Below the pieces are notes generated by a model. The model was not told the origin of the DNA, did not search any database, and worked only from the letters and a program-made list of their open reading frames with translations. DNA of 64,000 nucleotides from Clostridia bacterium (GTDB lineage Bacteria > Bacillota > Clostridia > Oscillospirales > CAG-382). Both the position numbers and the translations under genes were made by a program. Below are positions 32,400 through 42,127 of this stretch, piece after piece (the first letter of the stretch is position 1; each line of letters opens with the position of its first letter). The stretch is taken from the NCBI GenBank assembly GCA_017537345.1, contig JAFYKY010000012.1, forward strand, positions 134,665 through 198,664, in the 5' to 3' direction.

Positions 32400-33604
32400 T
32401 ACTTGTTAAGTGCTTCAACTACCTCTGCGGTATCACGGGCGATAACCAATTCTTCGTTGGTGGCGATAACCAGAATTCTTACCTTGCTGTCGGGCGCAGA
32501 AACGTCTGCGGGAACGGGAAGGTCACGGTAGTTAAGGTTCTTGTCCTCGTCCATCTTCACGCCAAGGAATTCCATATCGGCACAAACTTCGCTTCTTACT
32601 CTCGCGTCGTTTTCGCCGATACCTGCGGTAAATACCAGACAGTCCAGACCGTTCATAGCCGCCGCATAAGAACCGATAAACTTCTTTATCTCGTATACAA
32701 GTATATCGGAAGCAAGATTTGCTCTCTCGTTGCCCTCAGCCTGCGCTTTGCGGAGGTTACGCATATCGGAGGATACGCCGGAAACACCCAAAAGTCCGCA
32801 CTTTTTGTTCATCCAGTTGCCCATTTCGTTAGCGGGAATGTTTTCTGCTTCCATAATATAGGGAACGATCGCGGGGTCGATAGCGCCGCAGCGGGAGCCC
32901 ATAATAATACCGTCAAGGGGAGTAAAGCCCATGCTGGTATCCATACATTTGCCGCCACGTACAGCGGAAATAGAGGAACCGTTACCAATGTGGCAGGTTA
33001 CTATCTTGCTGTCTTCCTTGCCAAGAAATTCGTTTGCAATAGCGGAAACGTATCTGTGGGAAGTGCCGTGGAAACCGTAACGGCGGATATTATATTTTTC
33101 TGCTACTTCGTATGCGATAGGATAAGTGTATGCCTTTGCGGGCATGGTGGAATGGAAAGCGGTATCGATAACCAGCACCTGAGGAACGGTGGGCATAACC
33201 TCTTCACAGCCCTGAATACCCTCAAGATGTCCCTTGGTGTGAAGGGGAGCGATAGTAAGGCACTTGCGAAGGTCTGCCTTGGATTGCTCGGTAACCAAGG
33301 TGGGCTTGGTGAGCCAGGGACCGCCGTGCACCACACGGTGTCCTACGGCGCCGATCATATCAATACTCTCAATACAGCCTGCGTCTTTATCCACAAGTGT
33401 TTCAAGCACCTTTTTAATAGCGTCTGCGTGGGTGGGGAAGGGAGTGGGGGTTGCGGTTTTTTCTTTACCGATCACCTGATGCTCCAGCACACCGTCAATA
33501 CCGATACGGTCTGCATTACCTTTTGCCAAAAGTTTTTCGCCCTCCATATCAAAGAGCTGGTATTTAAGTGAAGAGCTTCCTGCGTTTACGACAAGAATAT
33601 ACAT
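32399..33604 (-). CDS. ackA: acetate kinase
   Basis: 401 aa. ILVVNAGSSSLKYQLF, GHRVVHGG, RYGFHGTSH, FTAGIGEN. Confidence 0.95.
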   Translation of the reverse strand: MYILVVNAGSSSLKYQLFDMEGEKLLAKGNADRIGIDGVLEHQVIGKEKTATPTPFPTHADAIKKVLETLVDKDAGCIESIDMIGAVGHRVVHGGPWLTKPTLVTEQSKADLRKCLTIAPLHTKGHLEGIQGCEEVMPTVPQVLVIDTAFHSTMPAKAYTYPIAYEVAEKYNIRRYGFHGTSHRYVSAIANEFLGKEDSKIVTCHIGNGSSISAVRGGKCMDTSMGFTPLDGIIMGSRCGAIDPAIVPYIMEAENIPANEMGNWMNKKCGLLGVSGVSSDMRNLRKAQAEGNERANLASDILVYEIKKFIGSYAAAMNGLDCLVFTAGIGENDARVRSEVCADMEFLGVKMDEDKNLNYRDLPVPADVSAPDSKVRILVIATNEELVIARDTAEVVEALNK

Positions 33605-33680
33605 TGTTCATTTCTCCTTGCTTGACATTTTGATCATTTTTCATTATACTACCGTTAGAAAATAAATGCAAGGGATTTTT

Positions 33681-34790
33681 ATGGAAAGATTAAAAGGAAC
33701 AGCCGCAATTATTTGCGAATTCAATCCGTTTCACTTCGGCCACAAGCATCTTCTGGACGAAGCGCATAAATCATACCCCGTAGTTTTCGGAATTATGAGC
33801 GGAAATCTGGTTCAGCGGGGCATAAACGCCTGCGCAGATAAATACTTGCGCGCTTCCGCCGCCGTGGAATGCGGGTTTGACGGGGTGTTGGAGCTGCCAT
33901 TCCCCTTTTCCTCCCTTTCCGCCCGTGATTTCGCCCGTGCGGGAGTGCATATAGCAGAGGAAGCAGGGTTCGAAGCGCTGGTCTTCGGTGCAGAGGATAA
34001 GGAGGCGGTACTGCAGGCAAAGGATATCGTTTGCGCCGCGGATTTTGAAGAAAAAATAACCGCTTTAATAAGAACCCAAAAAAATCTGTCCTTCCCCAAA
34101 GCAACAGAGCTTGTTCTGGCAGAGAAGCTGGGCGGCGAAACCGCGAAGCTTCTTTCAAAGCCAAACAACATATTGGGGCTTGAATATATAAAAGCGGCGT
34201 CAAAACGCAATTTATTAAAAATACAAATAATTCCCCGTTCTCCCGCCTTTGCTTCCGCAGGCTCTTTGCGCAAAAGCGGAGTTCCCGCAGGGGAACTGCC
34301 AAAGGAAGCGGCCCCGTTTTTTGAAAACACCGCGGCGGATACCGCCCTTTACCCCAATTTAAGCGTGGCGGCAAAGCTTTACAGCGGTGATAAAGCCATG
34401 CTTTACGGTATAGACGAATCTCTGGCGGGGCGCATAACCAAAGCCTGCAGGGAAAAAAGCGGTACAGAAGAAATAATTTCCGCCTGCGTCAGCGCTCACG
34501 ATACGGCCGCCCGTGTCCGCCGCGCCCTTTTAAGCATACTTTTCGGCATAACCAAATATCAGGCGGCAGAAATGCCTTCATATACCGTCCTGCTCGCCGC
34601 AGGGGAAAAGGGGCTTCCCGTAATAAAACAGATAAGCAAAAATTCCGCCCTTCCCCTTGTTGTAAAGCCCGCCGGTTTTACGGGCAACAAGCAGTTCGAA
34701 TATGCCTTACGGGCGGAACGGGTGTTAAGAGAGGTTTTTAATTCTCCCGACCCGCTGTGCCGCACCCCATATATTAAAGGAGAAAAATAA
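33681..34790 (+). CDS. tmcAL: tRNA(Met) cytidine acetate ligase (YlbM/UPF0348 nucleotidyltransferase family)
   Basis: ATG 33681 preferred (AAGGGA RBS). AIICEFNPFHFGHKHLL, MSGNLVQRG. Confidence 0.75.
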   Translation: MERLKGTAAIICEFNPFHFGHKHLLDEAHKSYPVVFGIMSGNLVQRGINACADKYLRASAAVECGFDGVLELPFPFSSLSARDFARAGVHIAEEAGFEALVFGAEDKEAVLQAKDIVCAADFEEKITALIRTQKNLSFPKATELVLAEKLGGETAKLLSKPNNILGLEYIKAASKRNLLKIQIIPRSPAFASAGSLRKSGVPAGELPKEAAPFFENTAADTALYPNLSVAAKLYSGDKAMLYGIDESLAGRITKACREKSGTEEIISACVSAHDTAARVRRALLSILFGITKYQAAEMPSYTVLLAAGEKGLPVIKQISKNSALPLVVKPAGFTGNKQFEYALRAERVLREVFNSPDPLCRTPYIKGEK

Positions 34791-35708
34791 ATGAAGCATC
34801 TTTTTATACTAAACCCCGTTGCGGGCAGTAAGGATCGTTCAAATATTATTTCCGAAGCGGTGGAAAAGCTTTGCCTTGAAAATTGCGAAAAATACGTTAC
34901 CGTATGCGCAAAGGACGCTATACGTGAGGTGTGCGAGCAATTAAAAAACACCGATGAACACGTGCGTATTTACGCCTGCGGCGGTGACGGCACCTTTAAC
35001 GAGGTGGTTACGGGAATTATCCGTTCCGGCAGTAAAAACTGCTCTGTGGCGGTTGTCCCCACGGGAAGCGGAAACGATTTTATAAAAGCGTTTCCCGATC
35101 ACACCGCATCCGATTTCCGTGATCTCAAGCGGGTAACAAAGGCGCAAACCGTTCCCTTGGACGTAATGCTCGTTACCGATTCGGAAAGCGGCACGGAATA
35201 CATAAGCGTAAACGTGGCGTCTGCGGGCTTTGATTCCGCTGTCGCAGACGGTATGGGCAAATACCGCCGTATTCTTGGGGGTAAAAATTCCTACAATATG
35301 TCATTAATAGAATGCTTCGTAAAGTTCGAAAAATACGAGTACACCGTTATTTGTGATGATGAAGACGTTTTCGGCGGGCCCCACCCCTGTATGTTCGCCC
35401 TTGCCGCCAACGGAAATTATTACGGCGGCGCATATAAAGCGGCACCTTATGCCAAGGTTAACGATGGATTTATGGATTTCGTGTGTATCGACCGCGTTTC
35501 CCGCGCAGGGGTCTTAAAGCTGGTGAATATCTATAAAAAAGGCGAGCATTTTGAAAAAGCAAAGGACCTTGTAACCTTCCGCAGATGCAAAAAATTAAAG
35601 ATCTGTTCTCCCAACCGTATTCCCTTTAACGTGGACGGCGAGATAATCTTAATGCGCGACCCCGAATTAAAGCTTCTGGAAAGCGCGGTACAGCTGGTTT
35701 TACCGTAA
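34791..35708 (+). CDS. diacylglycerol/lipid kinase family protein (YegS/BmrU-like)
   Basis: 305 aa. LFILNPVAGS, ACGGDGTFNEVV, PTGSGNDF. Confidence 0.85.
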   Translation: MKHLFILNPVAGSKDRSNIISEAVEKLCLENCEKYVTVCAKDAIREVCEQLKNTDEHVRIYACGGDGTFNEVVTGIIRSGSKNCSVAVVPTGSGNDFIKAFPDHTASDFRDLKRVTKAQTVPLDVMLVTDSESGTEYISVNVASAGFDSAVADGMGKYRRILGGKNSYNMSLIECFVKFEKYEYTVICDDEDVFGGPHPCMFALAANGNYYGGAYKAAPYAKVNDGFMDFVCIDRVSRAGVLKLVNIYKKGEHFEKAKDLVTFRRCKKLKICSPNRIPFNVDGEIILMRDPELKLLESAVQLVLP

Positions 35709-35729
35709 AGTAATTCCTCATTTCTTATT

Positions 35730-35761
35730 AAAAAAGAGCAGACATTGTCTGCTCTTTTTTG
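35730..35761. terminator. bidirectional rho-independent terminator
   Basis: AAAAA AGAGCAGAC (35735-35743) att GTCTGCTCT (35747-35755) TTTTT. One-nucleotide variant of the hairpin at 3314-3334. Confidence 0.75.
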
Positions 35762-35764
35762 TTG

Positions 35765-35802
35765 TTCGGGGTCCCCGAGAAGCCGCAAGGCTTCTTGGGG
35801 TG
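35765..35802 (+). repeat. H2-type hairpin module (variant)
   Basis: CGGGGTCCCCG palindrome plus CCCCGAGAAGCC-gcaa-GGCTTCTTGGGG (35773-35800), with the family-typical G:T at stem position 5. Confidence 0.75.
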
Positions 35803-35819
35803 TTTTTTTATATGTATTC

Positions 35820-36302
35820 TTATTTGAGTATTCTCATCTTGCCGATAAAGGGAAGCTCGTTTGCTTTGCCCTGAGCGGCGTTGATAACACCTATAACAGC
35901 CAGAACGAGAGCCAACATACCAACAACAAGGCCGATAAGGCTTATAACCGCGCCCACAACAGCGGGAACGAAGCTGAGCCAATCTTGGAACAATTCGATG
36001 TTGCCGAATATAAATCCGTTGAGCCAATCAAGTGCTCTTAAAGGAAGAGCGATGATTATCTCTGCAAGGAAGAGAACAAGACCCTGGTTTGCGTGGAAGC
36101 GTGCGTACTTGGATTTGGGAGCAGCCAGCACGGGAACGAGGAAGAGGGGACCGATATAGGAAAGCAGAGCGAATATTTTGTTATCTTTAATATCGTTTTC
36201 GCAGTATCCTTCTGCCTTGGGTTCGTCCTTTACTTCTGTACCGCAAGCGGGGCAGAATTTGCTGTCTTCAAAGGTTTTTCCGCATTTGGGACAAGTTTTC
36301 AT
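35820..36302 (-). CDS. zinc-ribbon / DUF4870-like membrane protein
   Basis: ATG 36302 preferred (AAAGGAG RBS). MKTCPKCGKTFEDSKFCPACG, then TM helices with the HANQ motif (ARFHANQGLVLF). Confidence 0.65.
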   Translation of the reverse strand: MKTCPKCGKTFEDSKFCPACGTEVKDEPKAEGYCENDIKDNKIFALLSYIGPLFLVPVLAAPKSKYARFHANQGLVLFLAEIIIALPLRALDWLNGFIFGNIELFQDWLSFVPAVVGAVISLIGLVVGMLALVLAVIGVINAAQGKANELPFIGKMRILK

Positions 36303-36388
36303 AGTTTTTATCTCCTTTAATTTAAATTCACACAATTATATTAATACATTTTTTTGTGATTTGCAACAGGCTTTGGCAAATTTCTTTT

Positions 36389-37531
36389 TTAAAAAGGTGC
36401 GCGTTTGCCCAAAATAGGAACCATTTTGTTTTTCCATTCGGTAAAATCGCCTTTTTCGATATGCAGACGTATCTGCGCCATAAGCTCGTTATAAAAATGC
36501 AGGTTATGCAAAACGCAAAGACGCATTCCCAAAAGCTCTCTTGCTTTAAACAGGTGGCGGATATATGCACGGGAATACCTCTTGCACACGTCGCATTCGC
36601 AGTTTTCGTCTATAGGTCTTTCATCCAGCAGGTATTTGTTGTTGTTAAGGTTCATCATACCTGCCCAGGTAAACAGATTTCCGTGACGGGCGTTACGGGA
36701 AGGCATTACGCAATCAAAGAAATCTACGCCTCTTTCCACCGCTTCAAGAATATTCACGGGAGTGCCCACGCCCATAAGATAACGGGGCTTGTCCTTGGGC
36801 ATATGAGGCTCAACCGCTTCGATAACACGGTACATCGTGTCCGCATCCTCGCCTACCGCCAGACCGCCGATAGCGTATCCGGGCAGATCCAGCTCACGTA
36901 TCTGCTTCATATGCTCCACACGCAGGTCGGCATACACACCGCCCTGATTAATTCCGAACAGAAGCTGATGGGGGTTAATTGTTTCTTCCAAAGAATTCAG
37001 TCTGTCCATCTCGTCTTTACAGCGGTAAAGCCAGCGTACGGTTCTTTCGCAGGAATTTTTAATATATCTTTTGTCCGCCACAGAGGAAGGGCATTCGTCA
37101 AACGCCATTGCAATGGTGGACGCAAGCTTTGATTGTATCTGCATAGAGGATTCGGGGGACATAAATATCCTCGCACCGTCCATGTGGGATTGGAACGCAA
37201 CCCCTTCTTCCTTTATACTGCGGAGATTTGCCAGAGAAAACACCTGAAATCCGCCGCTGTCCGTAAGCACGGGCTTATCCCAGTTAAAAAACTTGTGAAT
37301 TCCGCCCAGCTTGTAAATTACGTCTTCACCGGGACGGACGTGCAGGTGGTAGGTGTTGGAAAGCTCCACCTGACAGTTAATGTTACGCAGATCAAAGGTG
37401 GAAATACCGCCCTTTATCGCCGCAGAAGTGCCAACGTTCATAAAAACGGGTGTCTGAATATCACCGTGTACCGTGGAAAACACGCCTCTGCGTGCGTTAC
37501 CCTCGGTTGCAAGTATGGTAAACTGTGCCAT
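36389..37531 (-). CDS. tgt: queuine tRNA-ribosyltransferase
   Basis: 380 aa. TPVFMNVGT, LTDSGGFQVFSL, GLAVGE. CxCxxC...H zinc site (CECDVCKRYSRAYIRH). Confidence 0.95.
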   Translation of the reverse strand: MAQFTILATEGNARRGVFSTVHGDIQTPVFMNVGTSAAIKGGISTFDLRNINCQVELSNTYHLHVRPGEDVIYKLGGIHKFFNWDKPVLTDSGGFQVFSLANLRSIKEEGVAFQSHMDGARIFMSPESSMQIQSKLASTIAMAFDECPSSVADKRYIKNSCERTVRWLYRCKDEMDRLNSLEETINPHQLLFGINQGGVYADLRVEHMKQIRELDLPGYAIGGLAVGEDADTMYRVIEAVEPHMPKDKPRYLMGVGTPVNILEAVERGVDFFDCVMPSRNARHGNLFTWAGMMNLNNNKYLLDERPIDENCECDVCKRYSRAYIRHLFKARELLGMRLCVLHNLHFYNELMAQIRLHIEKGDFTEWKNKMVPILGKRAPF

Positions 37532-37540
37532 ACGTATCTC

Positions 37541-39331
37541 CTATCTGTCAAAAAACTTGTTTATCTCTCTTTTTTCGTATATATGCATTACGGGTCTGCC
37601 GTGGGGGCAATAGCGTATCTCGGGGGAGGAAAGCAGTTTTTCCGCCAGGGCAATGTTTTCCTCTTTTGTAGTGTGCTCTTTTGCCCGCACTGCCGCTTTG
37701 CAGGCTGCGGTGTATACCGCTTTTTCGCACCTTTCGGTAAGAGGCACTGCGGTGCCCTCTGCGGCGGCGGCGCACAGCTCATAAAAAAGTCCCGTTTCCT
37801 GCTTTGTTCCCGCAAGTATGGTGGGCACGGCACGGATAAGCAAAGTGTCTGTACCAAACTCCTCAAAGGAATATCCGTACTGCTCAAAAAGAGCTTTGTT
37901 TTCCAGTGCGGCGGCAAATTCCTCTGCTCCCAGGGTAACGGGCACGCCCGTTAACAGCTCTTGGGAATAGTTTTTACGGGCGGTTCGTATCTGCTCGTAA
38001 ATTATACGCTCGTGCACTGCGTGTTTATCGAATAAAATAAAGCTGTCCTCGGTGGCAACGGCAACGTAAGTGTTCCACAATTCACCTATATATGCAAATT
38101 CGGGTGCGGAAGCTTCAAAGGTTTCCTGCACGGGGGATGCCACGTATGCAGTTGTGCTTTGCTCGGTCACATCCGCTTCGGGGGTAAAGGGTGTGTACTC
38201 CCTTGTTTCCTCCTTGGTTTCATAGCGGAAGGGTGTGGCTTTTATCACCTCAGCGTGGGTAAGAGGCTCTTCCGCAACAGAGGATACGCTGTAAACGGGG
38301 GCGGGGGAAGGAGATTTACTCTCCGTAAAAATGTCCTCTTCCGTTACGTTAAGGTTAAAAGCGTTTCTCACACAGCAGTACACGCTTTCAAAGATCTTTC
38401 TTTCGTCCGCAAACTTGACCTCCAATTTGGCAGGGTGAACGTTTACGTCAACGGAAAGGGGGTCTATCTGTATATTAAGCACGCAGGCGGGGTATTTTCC
38501 ACGGGGGATGTAGCTTTCAAACCCTCTTTCCAATGCGGCTTGCATGGTTTTGTTTTGCACGCACCGTCCGTTAAGCAAAAATACCTGTCCTCTGCGTGAG
38601 CCTCGGGGGTATTCGGGTGAGGAAACATAGCCGTACACCTTAATTTTATCGCTTTCATACTCTGCGGGAATAAAGGTGTTTGCCGTTTCCTTGCCGTAAA
38701 GCGCGTATATGGTGTTGTATAGATCTCCGTCACCGGAGGTAACAAACCGTTTTTCCCCGTCGGTTATAAGGGTAAAAGAAATTTCGGGGTGGGCAAGGGC
38801 AAGTTTTTCCACGGCGGGAACACATGCCGCCGTTTCGGAAACGTCTTTTTTTAAAAACTTCCGTCTTGCAGGCTGGTTGTAAAACAATTCTCTTGCGGTT
38901 ATCACCGTTCCGTCGGGGGAAGGGTGCTCGTCTAATTCCACTCCGTTTTCATCGCAGTAAAGGCGGTAGCCCGCATCCGAATCAATATGTTTTGAAACAA
39001 TTTCCGTCTTTGCCACGGAAGAAAGGGCGGCAAGCGCCTCTCCGCGGAAGCCCAGAGTAAGCACACCGTCAAGGTCGGAAGCGGTTTTAATTTTACTGGT
39101 TGCGTGACGGAGTATGGCTTTGGGCAGGTCTTCGCGGGAAATGCCTACGCCGTTATCCGTAACACGCATCATAAGTACTCCGCCGCCCCGAATTTCTGCG
39201 GTTATTTTGGTAGCACCTGCGTCTATGGAATTTTCTATAAGCTCCTTCAAAGCGGAGGCAGGTCTGTCCACAACCTCGCCTGCGGCTATCATATTGGAGG
39301 TTTGGGTATCCAGAGTGTTAATTATCCCCAT
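37541..39331 (-). CDS. mutL: DNA mismatch repair protein MutL
   Basis: 596 aa. IAAGEVVDRPASALKELIENSIDAG, DNGVGI, GFRGEAL. C-terminal CPHGRP. Confidence 0.95.
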   Translation of the reverse strand: MGIINTLDTQTSNMIAAGEVVDRPASALKELIENSIDAGATKITAEIRGGGVLMMRVTDNGVGISREDLPKAILRHATSKIKTASDLDGVLTLGFRGEALAALSSVAKTEIVSKHIDSDAGYRLYCDENGVELDEHPSPDGTVITARELFYNQPARRKFLKKDVSETAACVPAVEKLALAHPEISFTLITDGEKRFVTSGDGDLYNTIYALYGKETANTFIPAEYESDKIKVYGYVSSPEYPRGSRRGQVFLLNGRCVQNKTMQAALERGFESYIPRGKYPACVLNIQIDPLSVDVNVHPAKLEVKFADERKIFESVYCCVRNAFNLNVTEEDIFTESKSPSPAPVYSVSSVAEEPLTHAEVIKATPFRYETKEETREYTPFTPEADVTEQSTTAYVASPVQETFEASAPEFAYIGELWNTYVAVATEDSFILFDKHAVHERIIYEQIRTARKNYSQELLTGVPVTLGAEEFAAALENKALFEQYGYSFEEFGTDTLLIRAVPTILAGTKQETGLFYELCAAAAEGTAVPLTERCEKAVYTAACKAAVRAKEHTTKEENIALAEKLLSSPEIRYCPHGRPVMHIYEKREINKFFDR

Positions 39332-41893
39332 TTATTCCACCATTTTCTTAATTTCGTAAAGTATTCCCATCGCTTCTATGGGGGTAATGGTATTTATATC
39401 CGTATTCTTTAATTTTTCCTTCATGTTTTCCCAGGACATATCAAAAAGTGTAAGCTCGGCTTCTTCCTCAACATCCTTTTTGATAACGGGAGCAGAAACG
39501 TGCTCGGTAATATCCTTAAGTATCGCCTTTGCACGGTTTACCACAGAAGCAGGCACTCCCGCAAGGGACGCTACCTCGATACCGTAGCTGTCCGAAGCGT
39601 GGCCTTTTACTATCCTGCGCAGGAAAATAATATCGTTGCCTCTCTTTTTTGCGGCAATATTGTAGTTTACCACGCCATCCTGCATACCCTCAAGCTCGGT
39701 AAGCTCGTGGTAATGGGTGGCAAAAAGGGTGCGGGCTTTAATCTTTTCCGCAGTATGCTCCACCACCGCACGGGCAATAGACATACCGTCGTATGTGGAG
39801 GTGCCTCTGCCTATCTCATCGTATACGATAAGGCTCTTTTTGGTGGCGTTTGCAAGAATATTTGCCACCTCACGCATTTCCATCATAAAGGTGGAGGTAC
39901 CGCCGGAAAGATCGTCGGATGCGCCTACACGGGTGAAAATTCTGTCCACCACGCCGATCCGCGCGCTTTCCGCAGGGACAAAGCATCCCGCCTGCGCCAT
40001 AAGCACAATGTCCGCTACCTGACGCATATAGGTGGATTTACCTGCCATATTCGGTCCCGTTATAATGTGCAGACGGGAGGAGGACGTGTTAAGCAGGCAA
40101 TCGTTGGGTACAAAATAACTGTCACCGCAAAGCTTTTCCACTACGGGATGTCTGCCTGCTTTAATATCTATAATATCGGAAACGTCCACTTCGGGACGGG
40201 TGTATCCGTTTTCCTCCGCCACCTTGGCAAGAGTGGAGTAAACGTCCGCCTCCGCAATGGCTTCTGCCGTTTTGCGCAAAAGGTTAATGGATGCGTTTAC
40301 GTAGGTAACCAGCCCCGTAAACAGCTCTGCTTCCAGCGCGTACAGTCTGCCCTTGGCATTTATTACCCTGCTTTCCATTTCCTTAAGCTCTTGGGTAACG
40401 TACCTTTCCTTGTCCGCCAGAGTCTGTCTGCGGATATACCCTTCGGGTACGCTTTCAGATGCAGACTTGGGAACTTCTATGTAATATCCGAAAACTCGGT
40501 TGTATCCTACTTTAAGTGTTTTTATGCCGGTCTGCTCCCGTTCATTACGTTCAATACGGGCAAGCCAGCTTTTACCCCCGTCAAGAATTTCACGCAGCTC
40601 GTCCACTTCCTTGTGGGCTCCCTTGCGTATAACGCCGCCCTCCTTGTAAACCACGGGGGGATCATCGTCTATGTATTTTCCAATACTTTCGCAAACGTCG
40701 GCAAGGGGGTTGATCTCTTTTTGTATGCGCTCAAGCTCGGGTGAAGAAAACGCAGATAATATCTGCTTTATTTCAGGGAAACGGCGCATAGACATTTCCA
40801 AAGATTTCAAATCTCTGGGGTTTGCGCTTCCGTACGCCACGCGGGAGGAAAGACGCTCGAGGTCAGAAACCTTGGCAAGCTCATCCCGCAGGCTATCTCT
40901 GCTTTGTCTGTCTTTAAAAAGCTCTGCCACGCCGTCAAGACGGGCGTTTATCATATTGGGGTCAAGAAGGGGAGCTTCTATCCTTCTGCGCAGAGCGCGG
41001 GCGCCCATAGCCGTTTTGGTATCGTCAAGCACCCACAAAAGAGAGCCTCTCTTTTCACGGCTGTAGGCAGATTCCGTAAGCTCCAGATTTTTTCTGGAAA
41101 AGGAATCAAGCTGTAAATACAAAGTGGGGTCGTAAAAATTAATATCCTTAACAAATTTAAGGTCAAGCTTTTGGGAACTGCGCAAATGATTAATAAGCGC
41201 GCCTGCCGCCGTGCAGGCAAGGGGCAGTTTTTTTGCCGTATCGTTTCCCGTAACGGAAAAAACCTCCTCGAATGCAGTTTCAAATTTATAAAGCGAAGTG
41301 TTTACTGCAGTTATACGTGCGCCGAATCTGTCTGCGATCGCCTGCTTTAAATCGGATGCGCCGTAAACCAAGGCTTCCGTAGGACAGTATGCGGCGGTTT
41401 CGGAAAGCAGCAGCGCCTTTGCATCTCTGCCGGTAAACTGGCAGGCGGAAAAGGTTCCGGTAGAAACGTCCGCGTATGCGGCGCCGCAGCCTTCTTCTGT
41501 GTTATATACGGAAAGTATATAATTGTTTTTTTCTTTGGGGAGATATTCGCTTTCGGTAACCGTGCCGGGGGAGATGACCCGAATTACCTCACGCTTTACA
41601 ATTCCCTTAACGCTTTTGGGGTCTTCCATCTGCTCTGCCACGGCAACTCTGTACCCCGCCTTTATAAGACGGTGAATATAGCTGTCCGCCGCGTGGAAGG
41701 GAATACCGCACATAGGCGCTCTCTGCTCTTCACCGCAATCTCTGCCGGTAAGCACTATATCCAGCACCTTGGATGCAGTTATAGCGTCCTCGTAAAACAT
41801 TTCATAAAAATCCCCAAGGCGGAACATAAGTATGCAATCGGGATTTTCCTGCTTTACCTGTAAATATTGCTTCATCATGGGTGAAAGAGCCAT
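39332..41893 (-). CDS. mutS: DNA mismatch repair protein MutS
   Basis: ATG 41893 preferred (GAGAGGAG RBS; MALSPMMKQYLQVKQENPD). The 33-codon upstream ORF extension is translated repeat sequence. GPNMAGKST, DEIGRGTSTYDG. Confidence 0.95.
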   Translation of the reverse strand: MALSPMMKQYLQVKQENPDCILMFRLGDFYEMFYEDAITASKVLDIVLTGRDCGEEQRAPMCGIPFHAADSYIHRLIKAGYRVAVAEQMEDPKSVKGIVKREVIRVISPGTVTESEYLPKEKNNYILSVYNTEEGCGAAYADVSTGTFSACQFTGRDAKALLLSETAAYCPTEALVYGASDLKQAIADRFGARITAVNTSLYKFETAFEEVFSVTGNDTAKKLPLACTAAGALINHLRSSQKLDLKFVKDINFYDPTLYLQLDSFSRKNLELTESAYSREKRGSLLWVLDDTKTAMGARALRRRIEAPLLDPNMINARLDGVAELFKDRQSRDSLRDELAKVSDLERLSSRVAYGSANPRDLKSLEMSMRRFPEIKQILSAFSSPELERIQKEINPLADVCESIGKYIDDDPPVVYKEGGVIRKGAHKEVDELREILDGGKSWLARIERNEREQTGIKTLKVGYNRVFGYYIEVPKSASESVPEGYIRRQTLADKERYVTQELKEMESRVINAKGRLYALEAELFTGLVTYVNASINLLRKTAEAIAEADVYSTLAKVAEENGYTRPEVDVSDIIDIKAGRHPVVEKLCGDSYFVPNDCLLNTSSSRLHIITGPNMAGKSTYMRQVADIVLMAQAGCFVPAESARIGVVDRIFTRVGASDDLSGGTSTFMMEMREVANILANATKKSLIVYDEIGRGTSTYDGMSIARAVVEHTAEKIKARTLFATHYHELTELEGMQDGVVNYNIAAKKRGNDIIFLRRIVKGHASDSYGIEVASLAGVPASVVNRAKAILKDITEHVSAPVIKKDVEEEAELTLFDMSWENMKEKLKNTDINTITPIEAMGILYEIKKMVE

Positions 41894-41924
41894 AAAAATA
41901 ATCTCCTCTCGAACAAGTTCGTTT

Positions 41925-42125
41925 TTAACGATGAACGATGAACGATAAACGATGAACTTCGGAAGCTTTTTGCACGGCTGTGCAAAAAGCAACCATTAGT
42001 TCATAGTTTATAGTTCATAGTTTTTTTCGGGGTCCCCGAGAAAGCGTTTTTTCGTGATATGTTTCGTCTATTGCGGGCGATTCGTGAATCGCCCCTACTC
42101 ATCAAAAAACCTTTCTTGGGGTGAA
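41925..42125. repeat. compound repeat inside the ymcA-mutS intergenic region
   Basis: TTAACGATG AACGATG AACGATA AACGATG AACTTCG. TTCGGAAGCTTTTTGCAC-ggct-GTGCAAAAAGCAACCATT (41958-41997). AGTTCAT AGTTTAT AGTTCAT. Then element X in reverse (42020-42125) with REP variant GGGCGATTC/GAATCGCCC followed by CTAC (42075-42098). Confidence 0.85.
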
Positions 42126-42127
42126 CA

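Noticed and set aside
41894-41992. N-terminal extensions in the ORF track for mutS (to 41992), M48 (to 55002), MATE (to 56551), pyrD (to 61928), argR (13458), the SLOG gene (53096), tmcAL (33666) and the oxidoreductase (50904).
   Set aside because: The extensions run through repeat modules or lack RBSs. Internal ATGs with good Shine-Dalgarno sequences give N-termini that match the respective families.
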